From Candidatus Bathyarchaeota archaeon (lineage in GTDB: Archaea; Thermoproteota; Bathyarchaeia; Bathyarchaeales; Bathycorpusculaceae), in assembly GCA_963770845.1 (NCBI GenBank), contig CAVYRC010000013.1, forward strand, positions 51,628-115,627: a stretch of 64,000 bases of DNA. The letters are read 5' to 3'. The notes under the pieces were generated by a model that worked only from the letters and a program-made list of their open reading frames with translations, had not been told where the DNA came from and did not search any database. Both the position numbers and the translations under genes were made by a program. This document shows, piece after piece, positions 63,859 through 64,000 of this stretch. The first letter of the stretch is position 1, and every line of letters begins with the position of its first letter.

Positions 63859-64000
63859 CTAACCTAATCAAGCATACTCACTTCTTCAGTTATAGAAAGA
63901 CCATGACTTAACGCCTGTTTGACTACACGAAAAAGCTTTTATCCTAAGAACAATGACAGAAACATAGGCGAAAACAAAATGACTTTAGAATCAAGCAAAA

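Noticed and set aside
1-64000. CRISPR array, rRNA, intact transposase
   Set aside because: No regularly spaced direct repeats, rRNA-like stretch or transposase motif seen by eye.

Overview
Archaeal chromosomal window, most likely Bathyarchaeia (inferred from TBP, pelota, TFS, archaeal RNase P RNA, a BHB tRNA intron, ESCRT-III, a Complex-I-like [NiFe]-hydrogenase and a large PQQ-type surface propeller). Many single-base frameshifts, densest at 9-17.6 kb, look like long-read indel errors rather than true pseudogenes. Main blocks: (1) ABC permease/ATPase; (2) nuoA-B-CD-H-I-J-K-L-M-N-like operon whose large subunit keeps both [NiFe] motifs (Hfo-type group 4 hydrogenase); (3) proBA, K+-independent H+-PPase, pelota, TBP, TtuA/Ncs6, AK6, rnpB; (4) a patchwork of small genes, two sensor kinases, ESCRT-III and TFS; (5) a methanofuran operon mfnB-A-D-F-E with a divergent HisA-like gene and a second, truncated pelota-like gene; (6) a decayed island (~51-58.3 kb) downstream of an intron-containing tRNA-Phe, with two integrase C-terminal relics and regulator/secreted-protein cassettes; (7) free-standing LAGLIDADG gene, rubrerythrin, an unannotated box C/D guide RNA whose two guides point at 23S H69/H71, a kinase fusion and a divergent PadR pair. 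Several items absent from the ORF track were read by hand (Cren7-like, RHH, Cys/His and basic microproteins, mscL and integrase relics). All family calls are by motif recognition; no searches were run.
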